Shown here: piece by piece, positions 21,727 through 33,780 of the stretch
How positions within the stretch are numbered: position 1 is the first letter of the stretch
How the letters are laid out: each line of letters opens with the position of its first letter
From: Selaginella moellendorffii
Lineage: Eukaryota; Plantae; Lycopodiophyta
Direction: 5' to 3'
NCBI RefSeq assembly: GCF_000143415.4
Contig: NW_003314377.1
Location: 124,001 to 188,000, forward strand
DNA: 64,000 nucleotides
Position numbers and translations under genes: made by a program
Notes under the pieces: model-generated
The model's database searches: none
What the model was told of the DNA's origin: nothing
Seen by the model: only the letters and a program-made list of their open reading frames with translations

Positions 21727-23547
21727 ATGCGTGCTTATGCCACTGATTTAAGCTTGGATTTTCCAAAGTGCGCCGCTCTCTTGCGCCAGTGCACCGGACT
21801 AGCCAGCCTCCGCGAGCTCCACCACAAGATCGCTGCTGCCAATTTGGATGCGCACACGTTTCTGGGCAACCATCTCGTCCAGATGTACGGCAAGTGCGGG
21901 AATACGGCGGAGGCGCTTCTCGCTTTCGAGCGCATACGGAACAAGAATCGCTTCTCGTGGAACATCGTTCTCACGGCATATGCCCAAAACGGGCATATTC
22001 TGGAGTCGAAATTTCTCTTTGAAAAGATGCCGCAGAGAGACCTTTACTCTTGGAACTCGATGATTGCGGCGCTAGCACAAAACGGATGTTTGGAAGACGC
22101 GTTTGCGCTGGCCGAGAAGATGCCCGAGAAAGATACTGTTTCTTGGAACACGATACTTGCGGCATATGCCGATTCAGGAAGCTTGCCTATGCTAAAGACG
22201 ATGTTTGATCGAATGGAGAAGCGCAATGCCGTCTCCTGGAATGCAATTATCTCTGGATATGGCCAAAACAACAGTGTGGAACTCGCAGGAAAATGTTTAG
22301 CAAAAATGCCGCAGAGAAATCTCTTGTCTTGGAATGCCATGCTTGCGGCATATGCCCAAAACGGGTATTTTGCTATGACAGTAAAGCTCTTTGCGGAGTT
22401 GTGCGCCGAGGGATTTGAACCCGACGCGTTTACCTGCGTGAGCGTACTGGACGCCTGCGATCGTTCCTTGGGCGAGGAGATCCACGACGAGGCGCGATTC
22501 AATGGCTGGGATTCCAGCGTCTTCGTTGGCACGGCGCTCGTGGCCATGTACGGGAGGTGCCAAAGTGTGGACCGTGCAAAGGAGGTTTTTGGTTTGATGC
22601 CCGAGCGCAACATTGTGTCATGGAACGCGATGCTTACCGCATATGCCGAGAATGGGCATCTGGAAGATACCATGGCCGCGTATAAGCATATGCCAGCTAG
22701 AGATCTTGCATCTGGAAATGGCCTTGTGTCTGGCTACGCGCGATTAGGGCAGTGGGAGAGCGCCCGTGCAGCATTTTGGGCTCTCCCCGAGCGAGATGTG
22801 GTTTCTTGGAACACGATGATCGCGGCGTGTGTCGAGAGGGATCGTCCGCAAGAATCGCTCGCGCTCTTCCGGGAGATGGATCTCGATGGCGTCGCGCCAA
22901 ACCGGATCACGCTTGCGAGCATCTTGAGCGCCTGCGATGGAAGCCAGGAAAATATCGCGCATGCGCTCATCGCCGGGCTGCGGGATCTCGAGCCGGACGC
23001 GATGATCGGCACTGCGCTGGTGATCCTGTATGGCCGGTGCGGCAGCTGCGAGAAATCCTTGGAAATCTTCCACCAGATGGAGGAGCCGCGCGATCCAGGC
23101 GCTTGGAATTCGATCATCGCGGCGCTGGCACGCAATGGCCACACCGATGCGGCGATCGCGATGCTGCGGCGGCTGGAATGCGAGGGGATCGAGCCGGATT
23201 TCGCCGTTTTCAACAGCATTCTCTTTGCATGCAGCCATGGCGGATCTCTCCGCGAGGGCTACGCACATTTCTTGATCATGGGTGGGGATTACGGCATCGC
23301 GGCCAGCGCCAGCCATTTCATGTGCCTGATCGATCTGCTGGGCCGCGCCGGGAAGCTGGAAGCCGCGGAGGAGCTGATCGATTCGATGCCATTCGAGGCG
23401 GATGGCCTGGCCTGGACGATTCTCCTCAGCTCTTGCAAGAGCCACAACGATGTGGAGAGAGGGGCCATGGCGGCGATGAGAGTGGCCGAGTTCGAATCCT
23501 GGCAAAGCTCCACTTATGTGATGCTCAGTAGCATCATGAGGAATTAG
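21727..23547 (+). CDS. PLS-class pentatricopeptide repeat protein with C-terminal E domain (organellar RNA editing type), intronless
   Basis: Repeated SWNAM/MPERN/MYGKCG motifs. Ends HFMCLIDLLGRAGKL...MPFE...WTILLSSCKSH...YVMLS, with no DYW domain. Confidence 0.93.
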   Translation: MRAYATDLSLDFPKCAALLRQCTGLASLRELHHKIAAANLDAHTFLGNHLVQMYGKCGNTAEALLAFERIRNKNRFSWNIVLTAYAQNGHILESKFLFEKMPQRDLYSWNSMIAALAQNGCLEDAFALAEKMPEKDTVSWNTILAAYADSGSLPMLKTMFDRMEKRNAVSWNAIISGYGQNNSVELAGKCLAKMPQRNLLSWNAMLAAYAQNGYFAMTVKLFAELCAEGFEPDAFTCVSVLDACDRSLGEEIHDEARFNGWDSSVFVGTALVAMYGRCQSVDRAKEVFGLMPERNIVSWNAMLTAYAENGHLEDTMAAYKHMPARDLASGNGLVSGYARLGQWESARAAFWALPERDVVSWNTMIAACVERDRPQESLALFREMDLDGVAPNRITLASILSACDGSQENIAHALIAGLRDLEPDAMIGTALVILYGRCGSCEKSLEIFHQMEEPRDPGAWNSIIAALARNGHTDAAIAMLRRLECEGIEPDFAVFNSILFACSHGGSLREGYAHFLIMGGDYGIAASASHFMCLIDLLGRAGKLEAAEELIDSMPFEADGLAWTILLSSCKSHNDVERGAMAAMRVAEFESWQSSTYVMLSSIMRN

Positions 23548-23581
23548 CTAGGGTTCTTGGATTGGCCCTAGGCCACAGTGA

Positions 23582-25710
23582 ATGGCGGACTGGGGAGACG
23601 ACAACGTCCAAGAAGGGGAGGAAGAGGATGGATCGGAGGATTTCGAGCTCCCGGAGGAGGAAGAAGGCGCTGGATCGCAGCAGAATCACGGCAGTGACGA
23701 GGAGAGGAGCAGCAGCAGTGGCAACGAGGAAGGGAGCAGCAGCGGTGAGGAGAATCAAGGCGATGGCGATGATCCGGTGGAGATTCAGGATGATCTTTTC
23801 GGCCCCGATAACGAAGATTATATGCGCACTACTCCGCAGAGCCAGCTTCCCATACCAAGTAAGAGCGATTGTTCTTCTTCTCCCTTTTTATTTTTGTTGG
23901 TCACACACATTTTTTGTGTAGTCCTTCCCGAGCCCCGGAATGACCAAAGGAATGATCACGAGTACCGGCGAGGAAATCCTCGTGGAGAAAGAAATTCATC
24001 CTTCTACTCTGGCGGTTTCAAGTCGAAGGATCTCGTTGCTGACCTGAAGCTTGGCCCTCCTGGCCACTTGGACGAGACCTTGCGCATTGCATGCCCCCCT
24101 TTTCAAGAGGTAATCGTCAGGTTTGTGGTTCATTTTTTCTCCACTTACGTAGGCCTTGATTAACAGTGGAGAAATTTGGCTTGCATGGTGGTTCTTTGGA
24201 GCAGCCAAATCAGATTTGCTGTTACAGTCGAACACCGGATGGAACCGTTTACTATGACGAAAGGTGTCTGGTGAGTGCGGTGCTTTTGCGAGTGGTTCTC
24301 TAAATAATTGAGTTTTCTTTCCTTTTTTATTCCCCTTGTCGACAGAGAAAATTCAGGAGGAGAGTTCTCTCAAGTTTTGAGGCCGACTTAAACGAGGGGT
24401 TTGACTCTTTTGTTCAGAAGAATGATGGTTGGTGATCTGTGATTTTGCGTGGTTGAGTTTCTTTCTGATTCGCGAGCATTGCAGATTCGGAATCCAGTGC
24501 TTTCGGCGACTTGCTGGCGTGTGTGCGAACAAAATTGACTTCTTTCAAAGACATTCATTTTGTAGTAAGTTTTCACAAATCTTTACAAATTACCATCACC
24601 CATCGTTTTGTTGGCGCAGACATTTCGGAACAACTTAAATAAGATACTGGGGACGACCTATAGTAGACGCGACGCCTGGGAGATGGGCGTGCACAAACGT
24701 TCTGGAACAGTGTATTTGGATTGTCGTAAAACTCCTGATCCTCCCCAGACTGAGCTTCAACAACGACAGTAATCACAGCGCTTCTTCCTCCACTTTTTAC
24801 TTACGAAAAACTGGTTGTTGCAGATGTTATTGGGGCTACAAGTATGAGGAGGTTGCGACTGAAAATCCTCAACGAGATCTCTACGAGATGTCGGGCGACG
24901 CAGGGCCGCCTGTCGCTGTGGATGCGAACGTTGAGTTTTGCACAGTCGTTAGAACCAAACTTGGTCCCCATCGGATCATTATGGGTGCAGAGATCGACTG
25001 CTATGACGTCGGCTCCGACGGTACGAAGCGTTACACTGAGTTAAAGACCAGTCGCGAGGTGAGTGCTTGTTTTTATGTTCTCTTCGACGTTTAGGTGTTA
25101 TGCTCGCTTGCAGTTGGACAAGAGAAGTTTTGAAAGATTCGAGAAAGAGAAGCTTTTGAAATTTTGGGTGAGAGTCACTTTCTTGGATATAATTTTCTCT
25201 GCCTAACTTGCTTACCATCGCAGATACAATCGTTTTTGGTTGGAGTTCCACGAATTGTATGCGGCTTCAGGTAATGTTGTTTCTTCCCCTCTTCGGGCAG
25301 AGAAATGAATATCTTGATCTGGTCATGAAAAACAGGGACGACAATGGTAGGCTTTTGCGCTCTGACATGATGCTCACTCAAGAAATTGCACGTAAGATGA
25401 AACAAAAGCATTACTGGGAGGTAAGGCATCTACGTTTTCAGCGATTCAAGTCAGCAATGGTTGTGACAGGGAGGTGTGTGCCTGGCATTTGCGGATAGAG
25501 TCCTCTGCTGGCTCTATGGCAGCGTAAACGATGGTAACGACAGAGATCTCTTTCTCTCATTTTGGATTTCACTGAGCTCCAAAACTTGGTGCAGGAGGAG
25601 ATTATACTCTTCGTTACATTCCCAATAGCAACAGGATTGAGCTAGTGAACTGTGATTCCTGTCCAAGAGTTATCAGCGAGCACATTGAGCTCCTGGAATC
25701 CTCGAGCTAG
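23582..25710 (+). CDS. DXO1: DXO/Rai1 family decapping exoribonuclease (NAD-cap deNADding), multi-exon
   Basis: Acidic N-terminal extension; [54 protein letters not shown]|IQSFLVGVP. Confidence 0.92.
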
Positions 25711-26200
25711 AAAGCTGCTCGAGAAACCATTTCTAGCAACACAGCTACTTCATGGAAAAGTATTTCCAAGCACATAGTTTAGTTTTAAACACTGCGAGTG
25801 TATGGACGACAGAGCCACGACAAACGGATCCAAATAAGAAAACTTTAACACGTCGTTTTTCGCGGGCTAAAGTTTGAAAGATTCCCAGCGAATCAAATTC
25901 AAATACTTTCACTTTACACTGGTTTGGCTGTGTTTAATCAGCGCGGCTCAGCTCCAGCCATTAGGGCTAAGATAAGCGATCCAAATTCCAACCCATCCAG
26001 CGCTGTCCAGCCCACCTTGACATGACATCTCTCTTACGCCATAGCCGGCGGATAGCACTTCCATTCTCTCTGATCAATGAGTTGGGCGGATGGAGATCCA
26101 TTTGAATCGTCCATCCTTTGAAGCTCTTCCTCGTTGGCGCTGCTGTTGGAGTGTCGGATCGAAAGGAATTTGGTACCGGACTGATCAGAAAAAGCAGCTC

Positions 26201-26203
<3 letters not shown>

Positions 26204-26251
<48 letters not shown>
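26204..26251 (+). repeat. (CT)n microsatellite upstream of the heparanase-like gene
   Basis: About 24 CT units. Confidence 0.95.
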
Positions 26252-26253
<2 letters not shown>

Positions 26254-26584
26254 TTGTCTCTTTGATCTTTCGTTTTCTTTGGTCCGTGAAGAAATGACAG
26301 TACGTGCGACAGTCGCCCCCACTAAAACGCACTAAAGAAGAAGGGGAAGGGAAAAAGGGAGCGAATTCTTTTTCCCTCTATCTATCTAGCGTTTTCGGTG
26401 TCTTCCCAATCGAGAATCTCTGGGAAACAAGCAAGAAGCGATCGATCAGGCGGCTGCCCACATTCCAAAGCGATCCTGGAAATGATGGGCTTGCGCTGAA
26501 ATTGCGCAATTTCGTCGCGCCGATTGCGATTCGACGCAGCGAAAACAGAGGATCCGTCTTCCTCTCTTTTATCTTTGGGGAGAG

Positions 26585-28915
26585 ATGGGCAGAGCGCTGC
26601 TGTTCTTGAGCTGCTGGATCTTTCTCCTGGGCTGGGTTCACAAGTGTGGCAGCGCAGCAGCAGCGGCAGTCCCGGGCAGATCCAAGTTTCTGGCGGAGAA
26701 GATCGTGGCGAGGGCGGCGGTGGTGGAGATCAACACGAGCAACACAATCTGGCGGGTGTCAGAGGGATTTCTGTGCGCCACGCTCGATTGGTGGCCAGCG
26801 GAGAAATGCGATTATGGGACTTGCAGCTGGAAGGACGCCTCGCTCCTCACCATGGCAAGTTTGCTCGCCAAATCCCTCCTTTTATCTCGATTTCTTCCTT
26901 GCTCATCAGATTTCTCCATGTTTGGTAGGATCTCAAGCACCCACTGCTGGAAAATGCCATCAAAGGTGAGTGAAGAGTACAGGGAATTCCAGCTCTCAGC
27001 CACCAAAGTTTTGGTTTTTTCTCGCAGCTCTCTATCCACTCACATTGCGCCTGGGCGGATCGCTCCAGGACCGAATGTTCTACAAAGTCGGGAGGAGCGC
27101 GCAGCGGCCATGCTCCAACTTCGTCAAGCAGCAAAATTCCATCTTTGGATTCTCCGAGGGCTGCCTCAACATGTCGCGCTGGCTGGAGCTCAACTCACTG
27201 TTCCAAAGGACAGGGTATAGTTAGTAAGCAAAACTTTCCCTTCATCTCCTCCCTTAAATTCGCGTCTTGTTCGTGCCAGAGCTTCTGTGGCATTTGGATT
27301 GAATGCTCTCAATGGCCGCCAGCGCGTTTCCAAAGGGGTTTACTCAGGATCCTGGGATTCGACCAATGCCGAAGATTTCATCAAGTTCACCCACGACAGT
27401 AAAATCGCCATCGCGGCTTGGGAGCTTGGTAAGATCTTCACAACGTTTGCATTTACAGCAAATGCCCGGTCAAGGCAACCTTTTGACGTTTCGGATTTCC
27501 AGGCAACGAACTTAGTGCCAATGGAGTTGGCACGACGATCAACTCTCGTCAGTACGCCACCGACGTGAAATCTCTTCGCGAGATCATCGACGGGATATAT
27601 GGCGACCAGATCGACAGGCCGATGGTGGTTGCTCCCGATGGATTCTTCGTGGCGGCGTGGTATCAGCAGCTCTTGCAGTCGACAGGGCCGCGAGTGCTGG
27701 ACGCAGTGACGAGGCACATTTACAACCTTGGAGCTGGCGTGGATCGCCATCTCATCCAGAAGATTCTAAGCCCGACTTATCTCAGCCAGGAGGCCGGAGC
27801 TTTCAAGCAAATGCGTGACACCGTCTCGAGATATGGTCCCTGGGCTCAAGCCTGGATTGGAGAGGCCGGAGGAGCTTACAACAGCGGCCAGCACCTTGTC
27901 AACGATGCGTTCGTGTCTAGCTTTTGGTATGTAAAATTCCTCTCTTTAGCGTTTCTTCTTTCGGTCTTTTCCTTTCTTTCCGATTGAGTGAAGATAGTTC
28001 TATTGTTGTGAGTTTGGATGGCTAAAGGTCTGGTTCCTGGTTTTGGAAGCTAGAATATTGGTCTTTCTGCTTGTGCTTTTTTGGTAGATTAAGAATCAAG
28101 ATGGTGTTTTTTTGTTTTTTTTTTTCTTTTTTTTTTTTGTCTCAGTGGTTCAATGTGTGATTTTTTGGAATCAGGTATTTGGACCAGCTTGGCATGGCTG
28201 CATCGCACAGCACCGCTGTCTACTGTCGTCAAAGTCTCGTAGGCGGAAACTACGCACTGCTTCGGACAAATAGTTACAATCCCAATCCGGACTACTACAG
28301 GTGTGTCTTGTGTTCTCATGCGTTAAGTTCTTTCTTCACTGTTTTTTTCTCTTTGTTGCATTCGTCAACCGGGCTGCTAAGAGTCTCCCTTTTGTCTATG
28401 GTTTCTTGGCAGCGCTCTTTTGTGGAAACAAGTAATGGGCAATGACGTCTTGCCTGCGACAGTGGTCAGCGAGACTTATCTTCGCGCGTATGCACACTGT
28501 GCAAAATCAAACTCGGTAAAGAGATTCTGAAAAGCTCCCTTGGATCCACCACTAAAGTTGTATTCGTTCTTTGTTTTCCATTCATCCCCAGGGTGGACTA
28601 GCCGTGCTTGTCATCAACATGAGCAACTCCACGGTCTACAGCGTGAGCCTCAAGCTGTCGGGCTTCGCAAAGAGCAGCAAAGGCTCTAGTCGAACGCCCC
28701 GGCTCGAATACCACTTGAGTGCTCCCCTGACGGATCTCCAGAGCCAGAGCATACACCTTAACGGCAAACTCCTCGACGTGACTCCAGATGGCAACATCCC
28801 CGTTCTGAAGCCAATCTCGGTGGATTCCAAGCAGCCCATCACGATTGCCCCGCTCAGTATTGCATTTGTTGTGCTGCCTGATGCTAAGCTCCAGGCATGC
28901 ACCATAGTTGAGTGA
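26585..28915 (+). CDS. heparanase-like beta-glucuronidase, glycoside hydrolase family 79, multi-exon
   Basis: Signal peptide; FLCATLDWWPAEKCDYGTCSW, LRLGGSLQD, WELG|NEL, AWIGEAGGAYNSG, YLDQLGMAA...YCRQSLVGGNY. Confidence 0.95.
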
Positions 28916-29475
28916 AACTCTTTAGGAGGAAAAAATGTACAAATGGAGCAAGTTCCACTAAACGTATAAGTTGACAATCTACGCTATAATTTTAAATATT
29001 TGTATATTCGATTGAAGACTATTTGGGCCTCTAATATTCAAGCGCCTCTAAGTCCAAGTTCCAGCATTTTTTTTTCCTTTTCTAGCATTTTTAATACAAT
29101 ATATAAATCATTGATTTGTTTACACTTGTTCTTCTATTTTTCTTTAATTATTACTTTAATTTATATTATTCTTAATATTTTAAAATTAAAATTTTTTTAA
29201 TCTTTAAAAGTGGTATATATGAACATGAAGCATGGGACCCAAACATCTCTGCCACCTGCTAAACTCAACGGAAATTACTCAACAAAAACTTCTTTTGATG
29301 ATATGAAAATCTTAAATTTCAAATTAAAGTTAAAAAGTAAAAAATTAATTTAAATATATAAAGTTGACTAAAACTGAAAATGTATTTAAACTTAATTTTA
29401 TGAGTTAATCTAACCAGTTTAATAAAAATAATTAGATCTCCAAGGCTATGTTTTAGGGTTTTCCGAGCGGTGGCG

Positions 29476-30410
29476 ATGGCGACTGCGATAACGGGGACGA
29501 CGATGGAATTGGCTGTGGGGGTGGCCCTGTGGAGCTCGCTCTTCACCGCAGTGCGCTTCATCCTCTTCCCAAGCAGATCTCACGATTTCTCCAACCGCAT
29601 TGTCTCCCTCGTCCACGCCTTCGTCGCGCTTGCGCTGTGCACGCTCTCGCTCCACGACTGGCGGCACCCCTTCCAGCCCCTCGCCTCGCCCGCCTCCCCA
29701 GCGCAGGTGAGCGATTGAACTTTCTCCCTCCTGCAAGAAGAGATCGATCCATGAGATCTTCGTCCACAGGTCAGAGCAATCACCGTGAGCCTCGCCTACT
29801 TCATCTACGATTTCTTCTGCTGTCTCCTCGAGGTCCCTTTCGATGCCGCCACCGCTCTTCATCATCTGGTTAGCATCATGGGCCTGTGCTATGGATTTCT
29901 CTACAAAGTGGTGAGGAAGAGCAAACTCATTCGTTTTTAATTGGTTGATCTTAGTTTTTTCTTCTTTCATCCAGTCTGGAACTGAGCTTGTGGGCTGCCT
30001 GTGGCTCATGGAGATGTCCAATCCATGCATGCATGCACGGGAGATTCTCAAGGAGCTGGGCGTCAAAGATCGACCACTCAACTTGTGGAACGACGCAAGT
30101 TCTTGGCCCTGGATCTCTCCTCGCTTTATTTTTTAATCTCTCCTTCACTCTTTGCCACTGCATTGCAGCTCTCATTTGCGATCACTTTCACCATCGCTAG
30201 GATGGGATTCGGACCGTACCTCACTTTCATCACCTTGAGAGCCAACAATCCACTGACTGTCAAGGTGAGTTCTCACAAATAGCTCGAAAAATGAAAGAAA
30301 TCACCTCGCAGTTGGGAGCTTCCGGGATTCAAATCGTAAGCGTCTTTTGGTTCTACAAGATCGCCAGGCTCGTCCGCTACAAGCTAAAGAAACAAGTCAA
30401 GTCCAGCTGA
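29476..30410 (+). CDS. TLC (TRAM/LAG1/CLN8) domain membrane protein, TMEM136-like, multi-exon
   Basis: RSHDFSNRIVSLVHA, SLAYFIYDF, HHLVSI, LWLMEMSNP..HARE, F..ARMGFGPY. Confidence 0.9.
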
Positions 30411-30487
30411 TCGAAAACGCGGGTACCTTGTTTTGTTTTTACTTCCTCCATAACACGAGCGTCGCAACTTGGAGCTTGTTGGAGCGA

Positions 30488-30997
30488 TCAAAGCTTTTTG
30501 TTGGCAATGAGAATTCCATCCATGTCCGAGTAGCACCACTCTCCTGGTAAGATCCTCACGCCACCAAAGACCACAGCCACGTCCTTCTCGCCCTGTCCTC
30601 GTTTGAAGCTCTTGAGTGGATGCGGAGCCAGCGCTCTCACTCCGACGTCCACCGCGTTGATCTCTTCCACGTCTCGGACGCATCCGTTCACTAGAATTCC
30701 TGCCCAGCCATTGGTCGAAGCCATCGCTGCCAGGTTTCCTCCCAGCAGCGCGCACCTTAGGCTGCCACCTCCGTCCACGACCAGCACCTTTCCATCACCC
30801 TGCTGCTCCAGAGCCGCACGAACCAGCGAGTTGTCCTCGAAAACCTTAAGAGTTGTCACCGGACCCGAGAAGGAACAACGCTTCCCGTACACTTGGAAAG
30901 CTGGCGCCAAGACGCGGACTGTACCACCGGTGATTATCTCCTCATAGTACTTGTCACAGAGGTCCGTCGTCGGCATGGTCATGAAGCCTTGCTGCAT
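30488..30997 (-). CDS. RraA/MenG-like 4-hydroxy-4-methyl-2-oxoglutarate aldolase
   Basis: [52 protein letters not shown]. Confidence 0.93.
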   Translation of the reverse strand: MQQGFMTMPTTDLCDKYYEEIITGGTVRVLAPAFQVYGKRCSFSGPVTTLKVFEDNSLVRAALEQQGDGKVLVVDGGGSLRCALLGGNLAAMASTNGWAGILVNGCVRDVEEINAVDVGVRALAPHPLKSFKRGQGEKDVAVVFGGVRILPGEWCYSDMDGILIANKKL

Positions 30998-31804
30998 TGC
31001 GGAGAAAACCGTTTTGGACCTGCACAAATCAATAGAACACTTCTGAGAAATCAGAAAGATTAAAGAAACACGAGCAAGCTCAAAATTGAGTAGCAAGACA
31101 TCTAGCCATACCCGGTGCGAAGATGAAAAAGCCCTCTAGAAACTAAAGCCCTTGCCATGGCTATAGTTCAGGGAAAGCGATTCGAACCCGCGAACTCGCG
31201 AGTCGTGACGAGAAAAAGTTTTCCATTACGTACGTTCTTGAGTGTCTGAATGCCTTCAGTGGAGCTGACGGTCTTCAATCAGTCAGTCACAGGTCTATAA
31301 AAGTAAATGTGAAATCGCTGCTGTCTGGTACAAGACGCCATAAAACCACAACACGTTAACAGAGTAACAACAATGGTGAGAGTATTTTTACCTTCGTTTC
31401 GTGTCATGCTCTCCTTTTCTATACCATAAAACTTTCTTACAGATGCAAGCGCGACCACCCATCACGTCCTGCTTCTTTACGGCTGCTTTTGCAATCACTC
31501 CATGCTGAAGCTTTGCAAAAGCTTGTGGAGCGAATTAGGAGCCTTGGCTGAGATTTTCCAAAAGCGCCGACTCGCGCCTTGAATGTGAAACGGGGAATCC
31601 AGATCGTGACCTCCACCACAGTTCCTGCATAGGCCTCACTGTGTCACACAGTCTTTCAAGGAAACTCTTGCTACCTTCGATATCTGTGCCGGCGTTGGAG
31701 GTGTTGGAGAAGCAGGAACCTCGTGTTCCTCTCTCTCTTGCGCAGGTAGCGATTTCTTTTCTTGCTTTCTGTCGAAGTCGTTTCTGTCTTAGGCTCCTGA
31801 AGCA

Positions 31805-33666
31805 ATGGAGAATGAGCTGCTAGCAATCGTCTCCGTTTTGTTGCTGTTGTCAGCTGTTGTTGGTGCACAGCCAGGTATTGCTCTCCTGTTGGACTCAAAG
31901 TCCGACGAAGTTCAGAGTTGAAGAGAATCAAAGTGTTTTTCTTACCACTATACAGGGAAGTTCACGTTCTTGCAAGAGGCCTCTTCCTCGGCCTCGTCCA
32001 ATGAGGAGTACGACTACATTGTCGTCGGCGGTGGCACTGCCGGTTGCCCCTTGGCTGCTACGCTGTCCGAAAAGTTCAAAGTCCTGCTACTGGAACGTGG
32101 TGGAGTGCCTTACGGCAATCCAGACATCGAGAGAATAGAGATGTTTGTCCACAATCTGGTCTGGACCAATGCAACTTCCCCGGCGCAAGCCTTCATCTCG
32201 GAGGATGGAGTCATCAACAGACGGCCCCGGGTTCTCGGTGGAGGGACCTGCTTAAATGCGGGGTTCTACACCCGTGCAAGCCAAGAATTTATCCAAAAGG
32301 CCGGATGGGACGAAAAACTTGTCGACGAATCTTACTCCTGGGTGGAAAACGTGGTCGCTTTTGCTCCGGAACTAAAGCAGTGGCAATCTGCGGTCAGAAG
32401 AGGTTTGTTAGAGGTTGGAATACTTCCAGACAATGGAGTCACGTACGATCACTTGATTGGTACCAAGACCGGAGGATCGATCTTCGATAGCAATGGACAT
32501 CGCCATACGGCCGCAGATCTGCTCAAATACGCAAATCCGAGCAGCATCAAAGTAATGCTGCATGCAACAACAAACAAAATACTATTTACCGGTACGAAGT
32601 CTCATCTGTTTTTTTACCAGACAGTTCACTGACATTGAGACTTTCAGCTGATAGCGAACGTCCAAGAGCATACGGTGTCGTGTACACAGATACGTCTGGT
32701 ATGGAGCACCGCGCAGTTCTCAATTCAAATCCACGCAGCGAGGTCATACTATCTGCCGGAGCACTGGGGAGTCCACAATTGCTGATGCTGAGTGGAATTG
32801 GTCCAGAGGAGCACCTAAAGGCGTTCAAAATACCAGTAGTCATGAACGCACCAAATGTTGGTCAGGGAATGGCAGACAATCCTATGAACGCAATCTTTGT
32901 ACCTTCACCGAAACCGCTCGAGGTATCGCTGGTGGAAGTCGTTGGCATCACCAGCTTTGGCAGCTTCATCGAGTCTGCTTCGCCGGCTCTTGGTATCACG
33001 ATGATCAGCAGCGTTCCTCCGCCACTGCGAACACCGAGTTTCATACAGGCTGTTCAGAATCAGCTACAAGAGATGTCTTCCTACCTCCCGCGTACTGGAG
33101 TTCTGATGGAGAAGGTAGATGGCCCAGTCTCCAGTGGTTATCTCAAGCTTCGCAACACCGACCCTCACGACAATCCCGCAGTACGGTTCAACTACTTCTC
33201 CGATCCCCAAGACTTAAACAAGTGTGTCCAAGGAATCCAGCTTATCGAAAGAGTCATTGGTTCGTCCTCAATGACATCTTTCACGTACGTGAACCCCGAG
33301 GAAATACCGGAACCGATGCTCAAGTTCGTGAGTCTGCTCGGAAACCTTTTGCCGCTGGATACGTCAAACAGGATCGCGATGGAAACTTTTTGCAGAGCAA
33401 CTGTGACCACGATTTGGCATTACCACGGCGGCTGTCAAGTTGGACGAGTTGTAGACGACAGCCATCGGGTCATCGGTGTGAATAACCTCCGAGTCATAGA
33501 TGGATCGACGTTTCTGTCATCTCCAGGAACCAACCCGCAAGCTACTGTCATGATGATGGGAAGGCAAGTAAGCTCCCTTTCCAGTTGCATCGGACTGAAT
33601 CTCTAGTGACTCGTCTGCAGGTATATGGGTGTGAATATCCTCAAGGAACGTGGATCAAGCTACTGA
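31805..33666 (+). CDS. GMC oxidoreductase, HOTHEAD/mandelonitrile lyase-like, multi-exon
   Basis: Signal peptide; YDYIVVGGGTAGCPLAATLS, RVLGGGTCLNAGFY, SAGALGSPQLLMLSGIGP, TIWHYHGGC, SPGTNPQATVMMMGR|Y. Confidence 0.95.
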
Positions 33667-33780
33667 TAAGTATATAGGAAATTATTCCTGCGAAGCGGAC
33701 GTAAGCAGCAGCTAGGAAAAAAAAAGAAATCGGTATAATTTGTACCTGAATTTAACAAATGTAATTCCCTGTCCAGAAGA

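Noticed and set aside
22734-23531. Long alternative-frame and antisense ORFs over the PPR gene (similar ones overlie other GC-rich exons)
   Set aside because: They are shadow ORFs caused by high GC3 and have no recognisable domains.
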